The translations under genes were made by a program, and so were the position numbers. A stretch of DNA of 64,000 nt from Callorhinchus milii (lineage: Eukaryota): positions 103,914,001 to 103,978,000 of the forward strand of contig NW_024704743.1 in the NCBI RefSeq assembly GCF_018977255.1, read 5' to 3'. Every line of letters begins with the position of its first letter. The stretch's first letter is position 1. Shown here in pieces: positions 37,030 through 49,980 of this stretch. The notes below the pieces were generated by a model. That model was not told the DNA's origin and searched no databases. It was given only the letters and a program-made list of their open reading frames with translations.

Positions 37030-37350
37030 TCCCAAAATATATCCAATTCCCCCTTGAAACTATGAATGCTTTCCCCCTCCACTATATCCCTGGGAAAGCT
37101 GTTCCATATGTTAACTGTTCAGTGTGTAGTTAATCTAAACTGTCTATTCACCATTCTCATTTCTGAGTTTGAGATATTGACCCTGGATGGGGGCCTCCCG
37201 ACTACATTGAATAAGATATTGGGATATTGGAATTTAGCTGCTTTGTACTCTTTCAAGTCAAGAAGATTTCAATAAAATCACCGCACAATTGTCTCTTCTC
37301 CAATATATACATTGCCAGCTTCTGCATCCTGTCCTCATCACTCCAATGCC
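37030..37350 (-). mobile_element. CR1-like LINE 3' fragment, strongly decayed
   Basis: Minus strand gives LEKRQLCGDFIEIF and TVNIWNSFPRDIVEGESIHSFKGELD. Confidence 0.6.
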
Positions 37351-37734
37351 CATCTCATACATTCATTCAGTCACCAATTAATCTACTTTCTATCAAGTTA
37401 GCTAGGATGCCATCTCTACCATTATTCAACCCATTGTTTCACCCACAAAATATACAGTCAATTCACTTTACAGTATATTCTGTGAAGCACTTTGATACAT
37501 CTCGAAAATGTGATAAGGCACTATATCAAATGCAAGAATTAATATTGTTTAAGAACATCTTAGCCAACACATTTACATTGGCAGGTCTCCAAGCCATCAA
37601 AATAAATAGGAACAGGAGTAAGCCATTTAGCCATTTGGTTCAAAGTAGAGGCAAATAAGCTCTTGTCTCAGTACACATTGCATAAGGCAGTATTCTACAC
37701 ATACAAAATACTAGCAACGTGGTTGCACATTCAT

Positions 37735-38055
37735 GGGGTCCCATAGCATAGTGGCTAGCACACTCACCTCGCAAGTGAGAGGACCTGGGTTCAATGTCCA
37801 GCCAATACTAAGGATGAGCAATTATATATGATCCTAAGGTTAGGAAGGGGCAAATCAGCTGAGGTTCCTGCTCCTGATTACTATACAGGATCTTTGTAGC
37901 TAAATTCTACTTGTAGTCACATCAGTTGAGGAAAAGATTAGACTTAACAGTGATGCTCCAATGGTTGAATAACAACCAACACGTTAATGATAATGGCCAC
38001 TTAGCCAAGCTACTATAAGATGGCCAGCTCTGTGAATGTCCCACTCCAGCAGGTA
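37735..38055 (+). mobile_element. Ancient tRNA-headed SINE resembling AmnSINE2-type sequence
   Basis: Head GGGGTCCCATAGCATAGTGGCTAGC...CCTGGGTTCAATGTCC; body aaatcagctgaggttcctgctcctgat...aatggccactt. Confidence 0.5.
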
Positions 38056-38316
38056 GGAAAAATGAGTCAAATGCCTTTATATAGAAGAAAATAGAAAAAA
38101 GGAAACATTTGCAACTAAAATATTGAAATTACCCTTGACGTATTGTTAACTGATACTATTATATCCTATTTATAGACTTTACAGCTACATCCCTTAAGTT
38201 CAGGCTTGAGACAACTGGACCAATTAACCTCTTGGATGGAATGAGAAAGTGATTTGGAAATGTTGTTTTTCTTTTCTCACCTGCATGACCAAATCTAACA
38301 ATAGATAATAATAGAA

Positions 38317-38681
38317 ATAATAATCCTTGCATTTGATATAGCACATTATCACGTTTTCGAGATGCCTCAAAATGCTTCACAGAATATATTGTAAAGTGTA
38401 GTGTCTGTGTCTTTTGTGGGCAAAACGCGGCAGCCAATTGTGCACAGTTTCCCATAAACAGTCGTGGATTGAGTGACTAAATTATTATTATTATTTTCTG
38501 GAAGGATTATTACCCCGGGAAAGCGATCCGCCAGTCGACTAAGAAGCGGGCTCCTATTTACTGCTAGGTTAACAGAGACGTGTGTGTGAAGTAAGGAAAC
38601 TTCCCTAAGGTTCCGCCCTGGCCAGGAAGCGATCCTGGATCCTCTCACTTGTGATATGAGCGCGCTATGCTGCAGGACTCC
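38317..38681 (-). mobile_element. Young tRNA Deu SINE, long subtype
   Basis: Tail aataataatccttgcatttgatatagc through to head caggactcc. Confidence 0.88.
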
Positions 38682-38927
38682 ATGTACATCCCCCACCCTG
38701 AAAACACAGATTATTCCAGATGAACGCAAATAACACCAGTGAATTGCATCTCCCAGCTAGTTGTTTTCCCAAAGCTTCATCACCAAGGTATTGGGACTCA
38801 TTGAATTTTTCTCAAGACAATAGAAGGAATTTCCAACTATTCTGAGTGATATAGAACACAATGACTAATTTCAAAACTTGTAAAATATATATCTAAATAA
38901 ATTCAGTACATTCCAGCCTTCTAATCG

Positions 38928-39250
38928 GTAATAAATAATAATAATAATCCTTGTATTTGATATAGCGCTTTTCACTTCTTCGCGATGTCTCAAGGCGCTT
39001 CACAGAATAGACTGTAAAGTGAATTGACCGTATATATTTTGTGGGCGAAACACGGCAGCCAATCGCGCACAGCAGTGTCCCACAAAGAGTCGTGGATTGA
39101 AAATGACCAATTTATTATTGTTTTGTTTTGGATGGATTATTATTAGACATGTGGAGTAAGGAAACTTGCCCAAGGTTTCGCCCTGCCTGGAATTGAACTC
39201 AGTCTCTCACTTGCAAAGCGAATGCTCTAACCACTGAGCTACAGGACTCC
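38928..39250 (-). mobile_element. Young tRNA Deu SINE, short subtype, full length
   Basis: (TAA)n tail through to ctaaccactgagctacaggactcc. Confidence 0.9.
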
Positions 39251-39490
39251 ACGACTCCTGCTAGTCTGTTGATACAATGCAGATATACTGTTTGAAAATA
39301 GATACAAGTTCAGTCATTAAATGGACCATAGGATATGCTATGGTCTGCACTGTAATCATCAACTTCAAGTAATAGAGTGTTACAATTGACCTCAATAATC
39401 CTGGGAAAAAGGTATCTATGTTTCTTCTCCTGATCACTATCCAATTATCTATAATGGATACACAGTAGGGTTTGTATTCTGAAAGGATGT

Positions 39491-39781
39491 GACCTGGATT
39501 CAATTCCTGGCAGGGTGAAACATTGGACAAGTTTCCTTACTGCACGCTCCTCTGTTCACTTAGCAGTAAGTTGGAACCCAGTTGTTAGTCGATTGGTGGA
39601 TCACTTTTCCGAGGGTAATAATTCCTTAAAAAAAATTGGTCACTCAATCCACGACTGTTTGTGGGACACTGCTATGCACAGTTGGCTGCCGTGTTTCGCC
39701 CACAAATTATAGTCAATTCACTTTACAGTATATTCTATGAAGATGTGATAAGGTGCTATATCAAATGCAAGGATTATTATT
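39491..39781 (+). mobile_element. Young tRNA Deu SINE, long subtype, 5'-truncated, inside an AmnSINE2-like relic (~39385-40030)
   Basis: Starts at the B-box region gacctggattcaattcctggcaggg; internal block present; (TTA) tail. Confidence 0.85.
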
Positions 39782-41254
39782 AAATCAACTGGTACATCCA
39801 AGCTTCTCGTATCACCATGTGAACTAGATGCATGTGAATGTGCGATAAGGGCAGGGTTGGACATACTGTGAACGCACTTCTAGTCAAATGAGGACATATT
39901 GAGTGGTGAGCCGTGCCTAGCCTCATACACAAGGAATTGTCACTTCGCTGAGGTATCAGAGGCCTGCCACACAGACCCACACATTGCATTATTGCATTTG
40001 TTACCCCCCAGCATGAGTCACCAGCTTCAGAGAGGAGGTGTACAAGTCGAAGAAGGCGGAAAAGAAAAATGCAAAGCTCACATTGTGAGGATGAAATACT
40101 TTTGTCAGAAACCTTTTGAAAATTAGCCCCAAGAATTTAAATTGAATGTATCACACACATTGCGCACAATTTTTGAAGTTCAAGGTAAAACATTTATTGC
40201 GTAACATAGTAATACATAAAAGCTTTTAACATCACCGATGGAATCGCTTTGTCAGTTGCTTCATGAAATCTTGCTCATATATATTAATCCAACATCTGCA
40301 ACAAAAGCATTTTAACATCCTTAATGAAAGCTGTTATGAACTATACAAATAGATATTTCAATAGAAGCATTACATTGATTTGTACTGGGTACTCTATTGT
40401 CTCCAGTACTTTACTGTGTATGCAAGTTACCTTGAAAGGAACTGAAGACTTTTTTTTTTGAAAGATGTGCTTTTTAAAAAATATACTAAGATGGATTGTG
40501 CTCAAGGTGAATGACATCACTGGAGAATAAATCAATTTGTCTTTTGTTATTTCTGTATCAAGGAGTCTCAGGGCAGAATACAACATTGCTTCCATTAGCA
40601 GAGCGATGTTACCAGATCCATTTACCGTATGGCTGGCCTCCTTTCTTATTGACACTATCAATACAGCACTAAATTCTGGTTTTGTTGAATTCTGGAACCG
40701 AGATGGTAAATGCATGCTTTGAAATTAGGAGCATAAAAACAATTATGAGTGAAATGTGCATCATTGTGAACTATCAGCACATAAAATATTTGTTTCCAAC
40801 ACCTTAATTGATCAGCAAAATAAGAGGAGTTTTGCAGATGGGCTTTGCCAGTGTCAAGCCAGTCAAGCTTGTTCCACCAGTTTATTAGATCATTTTAATA
40901 CTTCTTAAATCTCTTACTAAAGTACTGCCCAAACTCTTAATTAAAATCTCTTACTTCAGAGTTCACAAAGAATTATTGTCTGAGAAAATTGAGATCAAAT
41001 GGGCCAGGTACCTCTCCTGTGGTCTCAGCTAAAGAAGCCAGAATCAAACTCTGAGATCTTATCAAATGTGAAATGGAATCACATAGCACACATTTTTGCC
41101 CATTGAAGTTATGTTCACTGCGATTACCATTGTATCAACTTTATTATGAAATATTCACAAATTTACCTCTATCATTTCAAAGTAAGATCTGAATCGCATG
41201 CAACATGCACAATTTATCCAATAAATAGACATCAACCTGTCTGAAATGGTTGCC

Positions 41255-41645
41255 CTCTTGCTAGAGTCAGACGGATGTGGGTTCAAATCTTTAAGCTGAA
41301 GCTGCAGGGGGAGGGGGCTGCATTGTTGGTGACATCTTTCGGATCAGGTGTTAAACAGATATCACATTTGACTGTCCAAATGGATGTTAAAGATCTCACT
41401 GCACTATTCGAAAAGAGAAGGGAGTTTCTCCCAATATCCTGGCCAACAATCCCCCAGATGAAAATGGTCATCCATTTCATAGCTGTTTATGCAAAATTAC
41501 AAATGTGCAAATTGTCCGCCACATCCTCCGTACAAAATACACAGTAATTACACCACACGGTGAAACCTGTGAAGTGCTTTGGGACATCTTCCGCAATATC
41601 AAGGCGCAATATGAAAGGCGCAATATCAAATGCAGACATTATTTT
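41255..41645 (+). mobile_element. Older Deu-domain SINE, decayed
   Basis: gagtcag..gtgggttcaaatc...ggatgttaaagatctcactgcactattcgaaaagagaagggagtttctcc...aaggcgcaatatcaaatgca. Confidence 0.75.
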
Positions 41646-42988
41646 TTATTTTATTAATAATGTGATTGTTAATCTCTTTGACAGATCTATTATTGGTGTA
41701 TATTGCTATTGTTTTTAGACTCTGCTCAGTTTTCACCATTACTTTCAACAGCACTGAGGTAGCCAAATGTTTGAGTGGAAAACTGTTGCAATTGATAGGT
41801 GGTAAGATTTTTATAGGGAGTGTTCTCTCAACCACATTAACATACTGTACTTCTGTACAATATGTAACGACCAACATAGGATAGAGCCAGCAACGTCATT
41901 TTCATCCTTTCCATCTGGGTGCATTGAAGCCCAGATCCCACACTTGGCATGAGGGTTTCTAACCCATCCCAAGCATCAAGGACACATTTTTGACTTCAGG
42001 CTAACTTTATGTTGGATCCAATTGCCAGTATGACTATTGTTTATTAATATTTCTAAAGTAACCACAGTTAGTGCAATATAATAGCAACTATTCATATGTA
42101 CATAAAAAGTACTACAAAAGTACTTCTGAAATTACAGTGAAATAAAAGATATGATTTAAAATTAATTGATGTCAGACTTGAAGTTCACCATTAAGAGTTT
42201 CTTTTGTTCTGGGATGTTGGTTGAAAAAGCCATCAAGATGCATTGGAACCTTCCTCTCACTGTATCTACCACGACAACTAAAACAGTCTTGGCAGAAGCA
42301 GTTTCAACACACTCTGCAATTAATAAATATCAAGACTGAGACTTCACCTCTGACCTGTCATGTACCATTATGATATATTGGTTCATACAAACATGACAAA
42401 GCCTTTTCTGAACTGTGAGTTAAATATTGCTTCTGAAAATTGTGCAATACAGGGGGAACACAAATTTCAGTTACCTTAAATGACATTTATATAATAGACG
42501 CAAGTCACATCTGGAGACAAAAATGGAGCAACAGGAGCTGAGGAAGGTGAAGTGTAATGAGGAAGCAAAGCAGATTCCAAAGGAGACAGACTTTACAATA
42601 GAGTGCATTTACTCAGACCACTTGGTCTCCTCTCCTCTCTCCCTCCACCACCCCTGCTTCCCTAGAGCAAATAAATTAGGCATGGGAAGAGGTGTCAGAT
42701 TGTGTCAACATGGTACAAGCTGTTCGCTCCAGACCACAAAAGGCTCAGGAAAAAAAATCTGATTTTTCAAAATATGTAAAGTTTATGTTTGGGGAAAAAA
42801 AACTATTATTACGACAAGTGTCTGAAACAGACACTTTAAAAATAATTCAGGCCTGAAAATGTTAGCGAGGTAAACTGAAGCAGAACCTTATGATGCATGT
42901 AAGTGTGATCATACACAGAGAGCATCTAAAGTTGCCTGAGTGTTTGGTATTCCCACTAGCCCTCTATATATTAATAGGTGAAATATAA

Positions 42989-43410
42989 TCAGTTTGGTTC
43001 AGTTGATAGCGCTCTCAACTGCGAGTCAGAAGTTTGTGAGTTCAAGCCCTGCATTGGGACTCTGAGCTCACTGTCTAGGCTGACACTCCATTGCTTTGCT
43101 GGGGGTGCTGGATTGTCAGAGGTACTGTCCTTCAGAAAAGAAATTGAACCAAAGTCCCAGCTGCCTGTTCAGGTGGACATTAAAGATCCCCTGGTACTAC
43201 TCAAACAGAGAAGGGAGTATAATTGGTGTCCTGTTTAACAAATAAAATTGTCTGTTCAATTCATAGCTATTTGTGGGACATTGCTGTGTGCAGATTGGCT
43301 GCCTCCAAAATACACCGACACTACACTTTTCAGTTAAAACACATTTGAGACATTTTGATGACATGATAAGGCACTATATCACATGCAAGGGTTTTAGTAG
43401 TATTATTATT
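42989..43410 (+). mobile_element. Older Deu-domain SINE, full length
   Basis: tRNA-like head, ctgcctgttcaggtggacattaaagatccc, tttgtgggacattgctgtgtgcagattggctgcc, tail. Confidence 0.82.
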
Positions 43411-44749
43411 TTTTGAGACAATAGTTCTGCTTGACTGCTCTGTCAGAAATTATCCAATGGGCTAAATACAGCGATGATAAACCCTTAACCCCAGAATTCC
43501 CTCTTTCCACCCTCTGTCTCTCCTGTTTTAAATCCCACCTTAAAATGTACTTTTTCAACCAATGGTCACCTCCTCCTTCTCCTCCCCCCCCCGTTTTCTC
43601 TTGCTCAGCATCCAACCATGTTATTATTAAGTACTCTGAGACATGAGGCTTTGTGAAGGATGCTGTATAAATACAAGTCTTTATTGTTATATTGCAGAAT
43701 ACTTTGCATGTCCATGGTGTAGAGACACAGGCAGAAGAACCGGAGGCACATACACAGGCAGCAGAGCCATAGTTTGTAATTAGAAGACAATCATTTTAAT
43801 ACAGTAGGCTTCGGTCTTACAACCATGATTCATTATGTAATGTGTTGCGTTTCTTGGCAAGGCAGAGAGAATGATACAAAAAGTAAAGGAGGAAGAAAAT
43901 TAAAAAAAGGAAAAAATAAATGTGACATGCCTGATGAAAGCAACCATGAAAGAAAGTTTATTTGACCAATTGTGCAATGGATGTTATCAGTAATCTGTAA
44001 TGGGAGACAATCACCTTCCCAAAAAGATTAGATTCTGTCCTGAAGCAGCAAAACTGGTTAATTTTTGCTGCTTCAGAACCTGTTTAGGAATTGGTATCGT
44101 CAATTAGCTCATCATAATTTTAACTCCCGAAGTGAAAGGCACTATAAAAGTGTAAAAAGTATTGAACTTTGACACCTGAGTTTATGACCAACCCAGGCCA
44201 ATGGAATGAAAGCCTCTTCTCACTACTGGTTGCAAAAATTCTACATTGCCTGGGTTTGATGAGTGTCAGAAGAACATAAGAAACAACAACTTGCATTTAT
44301 ATAGTGTATTTCATGCAAGTAGCATCTCAGAAAATGTGGAGTGCCTAAGCAACATGGACTATGTATAATTAATCCTATCATAGACTATCCAACACACTCA
44401 ATCTCCTGAGGTATACGGCCAATCACAGTGAAACCTGCAAGATGATAAATCTCTGTGAAATTTCTCCTGGAACCCAGAAGGCAATTAGAATATTATTCCA
44501 AGTTTACAGCCAGCACTATTCACTCTGACCAGATGACAAATCACTATCTCTGCCTATTCTTATTCTTCCATCCTAGATATTTATTCAGATCTTTTGTACA
44601 CCAATTATTTGAAATAGTTAGCTTTTCCGAGGTGCTGCTTCACATGTCCATTACCTTTGTACTGAGAATGTCTTCTAGTCTGCAGTTCAGATTTATTAAC
44701 ATTTCACTCAAATTGTCTAGTTCTGGATCACAATCTAAATTATATCAAT

Positions 44750-45152
44750 AATATTCCTTGCACGTGATATAGTACTTGATCACGTTATTGAGAAGTCTCA
44801 AATCGCTTCACAAGATTTTACGGTAAAGAATAGTGACTGTATTTGTAGACAAATGTGGCACCAATTTGTGCATAGCAATTTACCACCAAAAGCCAAGAAG
44901 TAAATGATCAATCTATCTGGTGGATTGTTAGCCAGGTCACCAGGAGAAACTCCCTTCTCTTTTTAAATAGTGATGGGATCTTTAACATTCACCTGAACAG
45001 GCAGACTGGACCTTGGTTTAATGCCTCATCCAAGGCATGGCACCTTTGACAATGCAGAGCTCCGCTAAAATATCATCCTAGACTATGAGCTCAAAGTCCC
45101 AACGTGGGACTTGAACCCACAATGTTGTGACCCAGAGATGAGCCATGTTGAC
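44750..45152 (-). mobile_element. Older Deu-domain SINE, near full length
   Basis: Colinear with 17160-17584. Confidence 0.8.
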
Positions 45153-46604
45153 ATCTGAATTTACATCCATGGTATTTGTTTCTTATCATTCTAAAGCCCT
45201 ACATCTCCCCTCTCAATCTTCTCTCCTCCAATGACAAGTTCATTCCTGAGCATCTCTGTTCCTATCCAACTGTTCAAACCCATTGTATTTGATCATCAGA
45301 ACCCCAACTGTTGCTGTTCCCTGAGTGCTGAATAAAAAACGTAAAATAATCGGTTTTAATTTAAACATCGCCAAGAAGAGCGGTTGTCCTTGTTACTGAA
45401 GCTCTCCGGGGCACTACCCCGCATGAAGGGTGCCATATAAATGCAAGTTGTTGTTGTTGTAGTAATTGACTGATTAATTGACTAGAAATGTAGAATCACA
45501 ACAAATTTTGCCTGCTTTTTCCTCTTTTGTTCATGTCAATGGGCATCCTTCACTGTATGCATGTTTCACATTGCAGCATGTATCATCTTACATTTTTCTG
45601 CATTGAACTCCATCTGGATATCTTTGAATGCTATTGCACTTTTTATTGCCATGTTTATATTGCTGGAAGCAAAGCAATATTGTTTCCAGCAGTATAATGA
45701 TTACACCAGTTTACACTTCCCACTGCTAATTATATTGGCCGGGGGCTGAAAAGGTAATGGGTCTGCAATATGTCAATTACTAAATATAGCGATCTTTATA
45801 TGACATTTTTATACCGCAATTTCCTATGAATGTTATCAAGTAATACTCCATATGAATGATATTGAAGTTCTGCACATGCACATTTAACCACAATCAGTTA
45901 TTTAATAGCTTTAAAAGAATGTTTTCTTCCAATTTCTTGTGCGATGCAAACACTATAAAGTGGGCCAAATACATGTGACCATTCCTTCTGCATTACCCAG
46001 AGAATAATTATGGGACAACGTGATCAGAAGAACATGCCCAGTGTACCATCAGGACATTTAAATTCTAACACTATCAATTGATAGGGAACTTGCACAGCTG
46101 AATCACATCCTCTGGGACTTGGATTGAAACAGACTGCACTCATTTGTCTAAGAGCTCCAAACATCCATCATAAAAAAGGACATCTTAATTGAATGTCTCC
46201 AATCTAGGATAGAAATAAATTAGGAAATGATCAGTAAACCATTCCTTCCATGTTAACTTGAATGTTGTACAGCTGTTTTTGTTTGAATGAGTATGAACCG
46301 GAACCAAGCTCCTGGTTTATAAGGTGCACCTTTATCCATTGCACTATCAGAGCTGCAAATAACAACACTTCATTTATATAACACCTTTCACACTGAAAAA
46401 GCAAGGCATTGGACAATCAAGGGGTTGCACCCAACCTTGCAACTCAATCTTAGTTTGAAAGTCAGTTTCCTACAATTCTTATTGGTTTTACAGCCTAAAA
46501 CCATGATGATTTGGGGCCACTGATCACCATCCAGTGATTGCAACCCCTCCCACCCACCTCCCCCAGTCCGGTTGTATAATTAACACTCTCTCCCCCACCC
46601 TTCA

Positions 46605-47047
46605 TTTTTTCTTGGTTAACCGAGCGTCTGACAAATGCAGAAACCCTTCATTATACTTAAGAACATCCAAAACAGAGTTCCATGCATCCCACCTTCATGT
46701 TGAAATTTCTGCGTTTGGAATGGAATCCTCACTCTCTCCCCAAAGCGAGGCACTCTGCTTACCTCATTCTGGAGAGTATTAGGCGAAGATTCGCAAGACT
46801 TGATGCTTAGAGAGTCCAGAGTGTACATAAGAGCACCAGCTAAAAATTCATATTGCCATTAAAAGCACTGTCTGACAAGCTTCCCACTGTTTGTTCAACT
46901 GGGTCCACCTACCTATTATGAGTTTGACTTGCACAATCACAGGAGCTGAATGGAATCCCTGTCCCCGGTGCTTCCAAGTCCTTCTGATGAGCCAGGCTGG
47001 TTGGTCTGACATCAATAGTGCCCTGGAGTATTGTGGACCCGCCTCAT
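46605..47047 (-). mobile_element. Family X retroposon, near full-length copy
   Basis: Reverse complement colinear with 3385-3870 and ends ggttaaccaagaaaaaa; CCACCCT repeats at 46595-46601 and 47048-47054. Confidence 0.72.
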
Positions 47048-47465
47048 CCACCCTCTTGTTATTCAATAAACTCCTATCACACACTCTTTACAAAGATTAG
47101 GTGTTGAGGTGCAGTCTCAAATGCTGTTGGTAGCTGTGGAACCACACCCCAGCATGAGTCACTTGGGATAGGAGAAAAATGAAAAAAGAACTTAATGAAA
47201 CAAAAGCAATATTTCACAGAAGAATTGAAAAATACAGTCAAACATGTTCAAGCAATTAGCAACCACCCTCGGTTAACAACCACTCTGGAACAGCCTGGAT
47301 AGATCTTGCACAATAAAACTTCTCTATTCAGTAGCCACCTGTCTAATGCAGCTAGTGATCACTTTTTGTTGGTCCTTGTACACCCTGTATCTTTGCACTA
47401 ACACCCATTTTAGTGTATAACTTCTTTATACATTAATTCATTGAGACAGATCCACAAAGTAGCTT

Positions 47466-47715
47466 AACAACAACAACAAAATTACATTTGTAAAGCGCCT
47501 TTCACGTCGGGAAGATGTCCCAAGGTGCTGAACAGTCAGGTATCAGGACCCAAGCGTGGGGTGGCAGGGTTAGGATGAAGGAGGGCAGAAGGGGTAGGAG
47601 AGCGGCTGAAGGCACGGTCAAAAAGGAGGGTTTTGAGTCGTATCTTGAAGGAGTCAAAAGAGAGAGCAAGGCAAAGGGATTATGGGATGGAGTTCCAAAA
47701 AGTGGAGGCAGAGAG
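47466..47715 (-). mobile_element. L2 3' end nested in the Tigger-like element
   Basis: aacaacaacaacaaaattacatttgtaaagcgcctttcacgtcgggaagatgtcccaagg... matches 9868-10100. Confidence 0.85.
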
Positions 47716-48003
47716 ATTAAATGGCACCAACAAAGGCAGATGTCATTTTACACACTGATTCCACATGGACGTGTACAAAAGACGGTAATACCATCACTTG
47801 GTCTGTTTTTTCCTGACTTCTCGTCCATGGGTCACAACAAATCGACTCAGGGGAGAAAACTGCTCACTTTAGAACAGCAAGAGATCATGGAAGAGTACGA
47901 GAACAACACACCACTGGGTTGAAAGTGTAGGAGGACGACTGGCAACAAGGACTTAGAAATTTTACACACATCAACAAACCCTTACTCAGAGGCCCCCTGT
48001 ATA

Positions 48004-48256
48004 TAATAATAATAATAATAATCCTTGCATTTGATATAGCGCTTTTCACGTCGGGAGGACATCCCAAAGCGCCTCACAGAACACACTGTAAAGTGAATTG
48101 ACTGTATATTTGTGGGCGAACGCGGCAGCCAATTGCGCACAGCAATGTCCCACAAACAGTCGTAGATTGAAAATGACCAATTTGTTTTTTTTGTGTTTTG
48201 GAGGGATTATTATTAGGAGTGTGGAGTAAGGAAACTTGCCCAAGGTTTCGCCCTGG
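48004..48256 (-). mobile_element. Young tRNA Deu SINE, short subtype, 5'-truncated
   Basis: Nearly identical to 15095-15347. Confidence 0.9.
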
Positions 48257-48604
48257 CCACTTTGGCCCAATCCTATAAAGGCCACTTTGGCCCAATCCCC
48301 TGACAGAGAGGTTGTTGAAAACAGGTTTGATGTACTTTATTCCTCACTTCCTAATTGAATCATCCCTTCCACTCACTGGCTCTTCAGACTAAGAGAGGAG
48401 CCACATGATGTGCTGGATTCTTGCTACTGGCTCCCTTGATTAGCCTCACCCTATGATGTTGCCACTCTTTACTGGCAATAGAGTGCTCAGGCCTCCCTCG
48501 ATGGAATGCTAAGATTAGTGCCCTGCTGAATGATGGGATATTGGGCCCAATCTTTGCTAGGGTTTAATAGACACTGAATATTCACCATCAATGTGATCAA
48601 TCAA

Positions 48605-48665
48605 CAACAACAAGAACAACTTGGATTTATATAGCGCCCTCCATGCCGGACAGCATCTCAGAGCG
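48605..48665 (-). mobile_element. Minimal L2 tail insertion with CAATCAA TSD
   Basis: caacaacaagaacaacttggatttatatagcgccctccatg...ctcagagcg; CAATCAA at 48598-48604 and 48666-48672. Confidence 0.7.
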
Positions 48666-49639
48666 CAATCAATGTATCTTTGCAAACAAGATCAGAAGAG
48701 AGGGTCAGATAAAGAAGTCCGTTTGGCCCATTTGATCTAATTCTCCAATAGAGTACAAGGGGAGCACCAAATTGTCCGATGTGTGGATGAGATGCTAAAC
48801 TGGGGTCCCGACTGTACAGTTTGACATTTGACGATGTGATAAGGCACTATATCAAATTATTTTTATCCTCTCAGAATACCCACCCAACAGTCCTCCCATT
48901 ACAGAATCAAGGTATTTCTTAAAGGAACGACTGTCTGGGATTCAGCTATCCTGCCTGGTAACCCATTCCAAATATTAAAACAATGCTATGGATCATGCAT
49001 GCTTTCAGAAGCAAAGGGTTGAATTCTATTATATGCTCCTTCTGTTCAGTTAGTAAAACAATGAATTAGTGTTCTTATCGACTGAAAATTGTAAAAAAAA
49101 ACTGTCCCAGCAAATGAAGCAGAATTATCAAACGCATTTGCTCTGCAGTGTAATGAACTTGAAGATAACTTTGAAAAGCTGTCAAGTGGAAGAGTAAACA
49201 AGTGGAACCCCTCGACAAACATGTAAGAAATGTTAAGAAACCTAAGCAACAAAGAGCACAGTTAGCTGCTGGAGAAGAAATTTGTTCTCTCTCTATTTGT
49301 TCTCTCTTTCTTTGAAGTTGCCCATAGTTTGAATAAAGCAACTGAAACATGATACTACAAGTGTGATTCATCAGGGCATCACTGCTGGATGGCAGTGAGA
49401 GGGAGACTCTCTTGCCCATTTCAGGCACGCAGACACCCTGTACAAGCTGGTTAACTCACCAAGCAGATCTTACAACGGAAGTTGTCGATGAGTCAGTCAG
49501 TTTTCACAGAGCACCTCTTCATGGTGGAACTGTGTAACAAATTGGCTTCAATTCTTTTTTAAAAACTTGTTTTTGGTGTGTCCAATTTTTTTTCTCCACT
49601 TAGGCATACACTTCTCTGCCTTTGGTCGCCACTTCCTCT

Positions 49640-49980
49640 TGCAGGGGTGGGGTTCTACGGGCGTGGTTTCCACGGGTGTCTGGTACCCTTCCCAGGTGGC
49701 TATTGTTTATGTGTGAACCCTAGCAGTGAGCACTGTCAGATCGTTTTACTGCAGACGGTGTCAAAGCCAAGCCTGACCTCACACAGCTATCACACAAACA
49801 CACACTCACAAACTACCAGTAGGGGTGGTGTAGAGGGACCAAGAGCAAAATCCCTGGCTGACTTTCTGTTCCCTAAATCTGGGAAGCCTCAGCCAATTTA
49901 GCTTCCCATTCCAGTCCCAGCTCGGGTTTGAACCAACAAACTCTCAGTTCATAAGCTGTAGCTCTTTCCAGTGGACCATT
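49640..49980 (-). mobile_element. Ancient SINE resembling AmnSINE2-type sequence
   Basis: Reverse complement has ggttcaaacccgagctggg...aattggctgaggc...ttagggaacagaaagtcagccagggattttgctctt...cactcactgctagggttcacacataa. Confidence 0.5.

Larger units (their letters stand above)
47235..48332 (+). mobile_element. Tc1/mariner superfamily pogo/Tigger-like DNA transposon, internally deleted, with nested L2 and SINE
   Basis: TA|CAGTCAAACATGTT ... AACAGGTTTGA-TG|TA inverted ends; MGHNKSTQGRKLLTLEQQEIMEEYEN from 47827 resembles the CENP-B/psq-type HTH N-terminus of pogo transposases. Confidence 0.62.
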
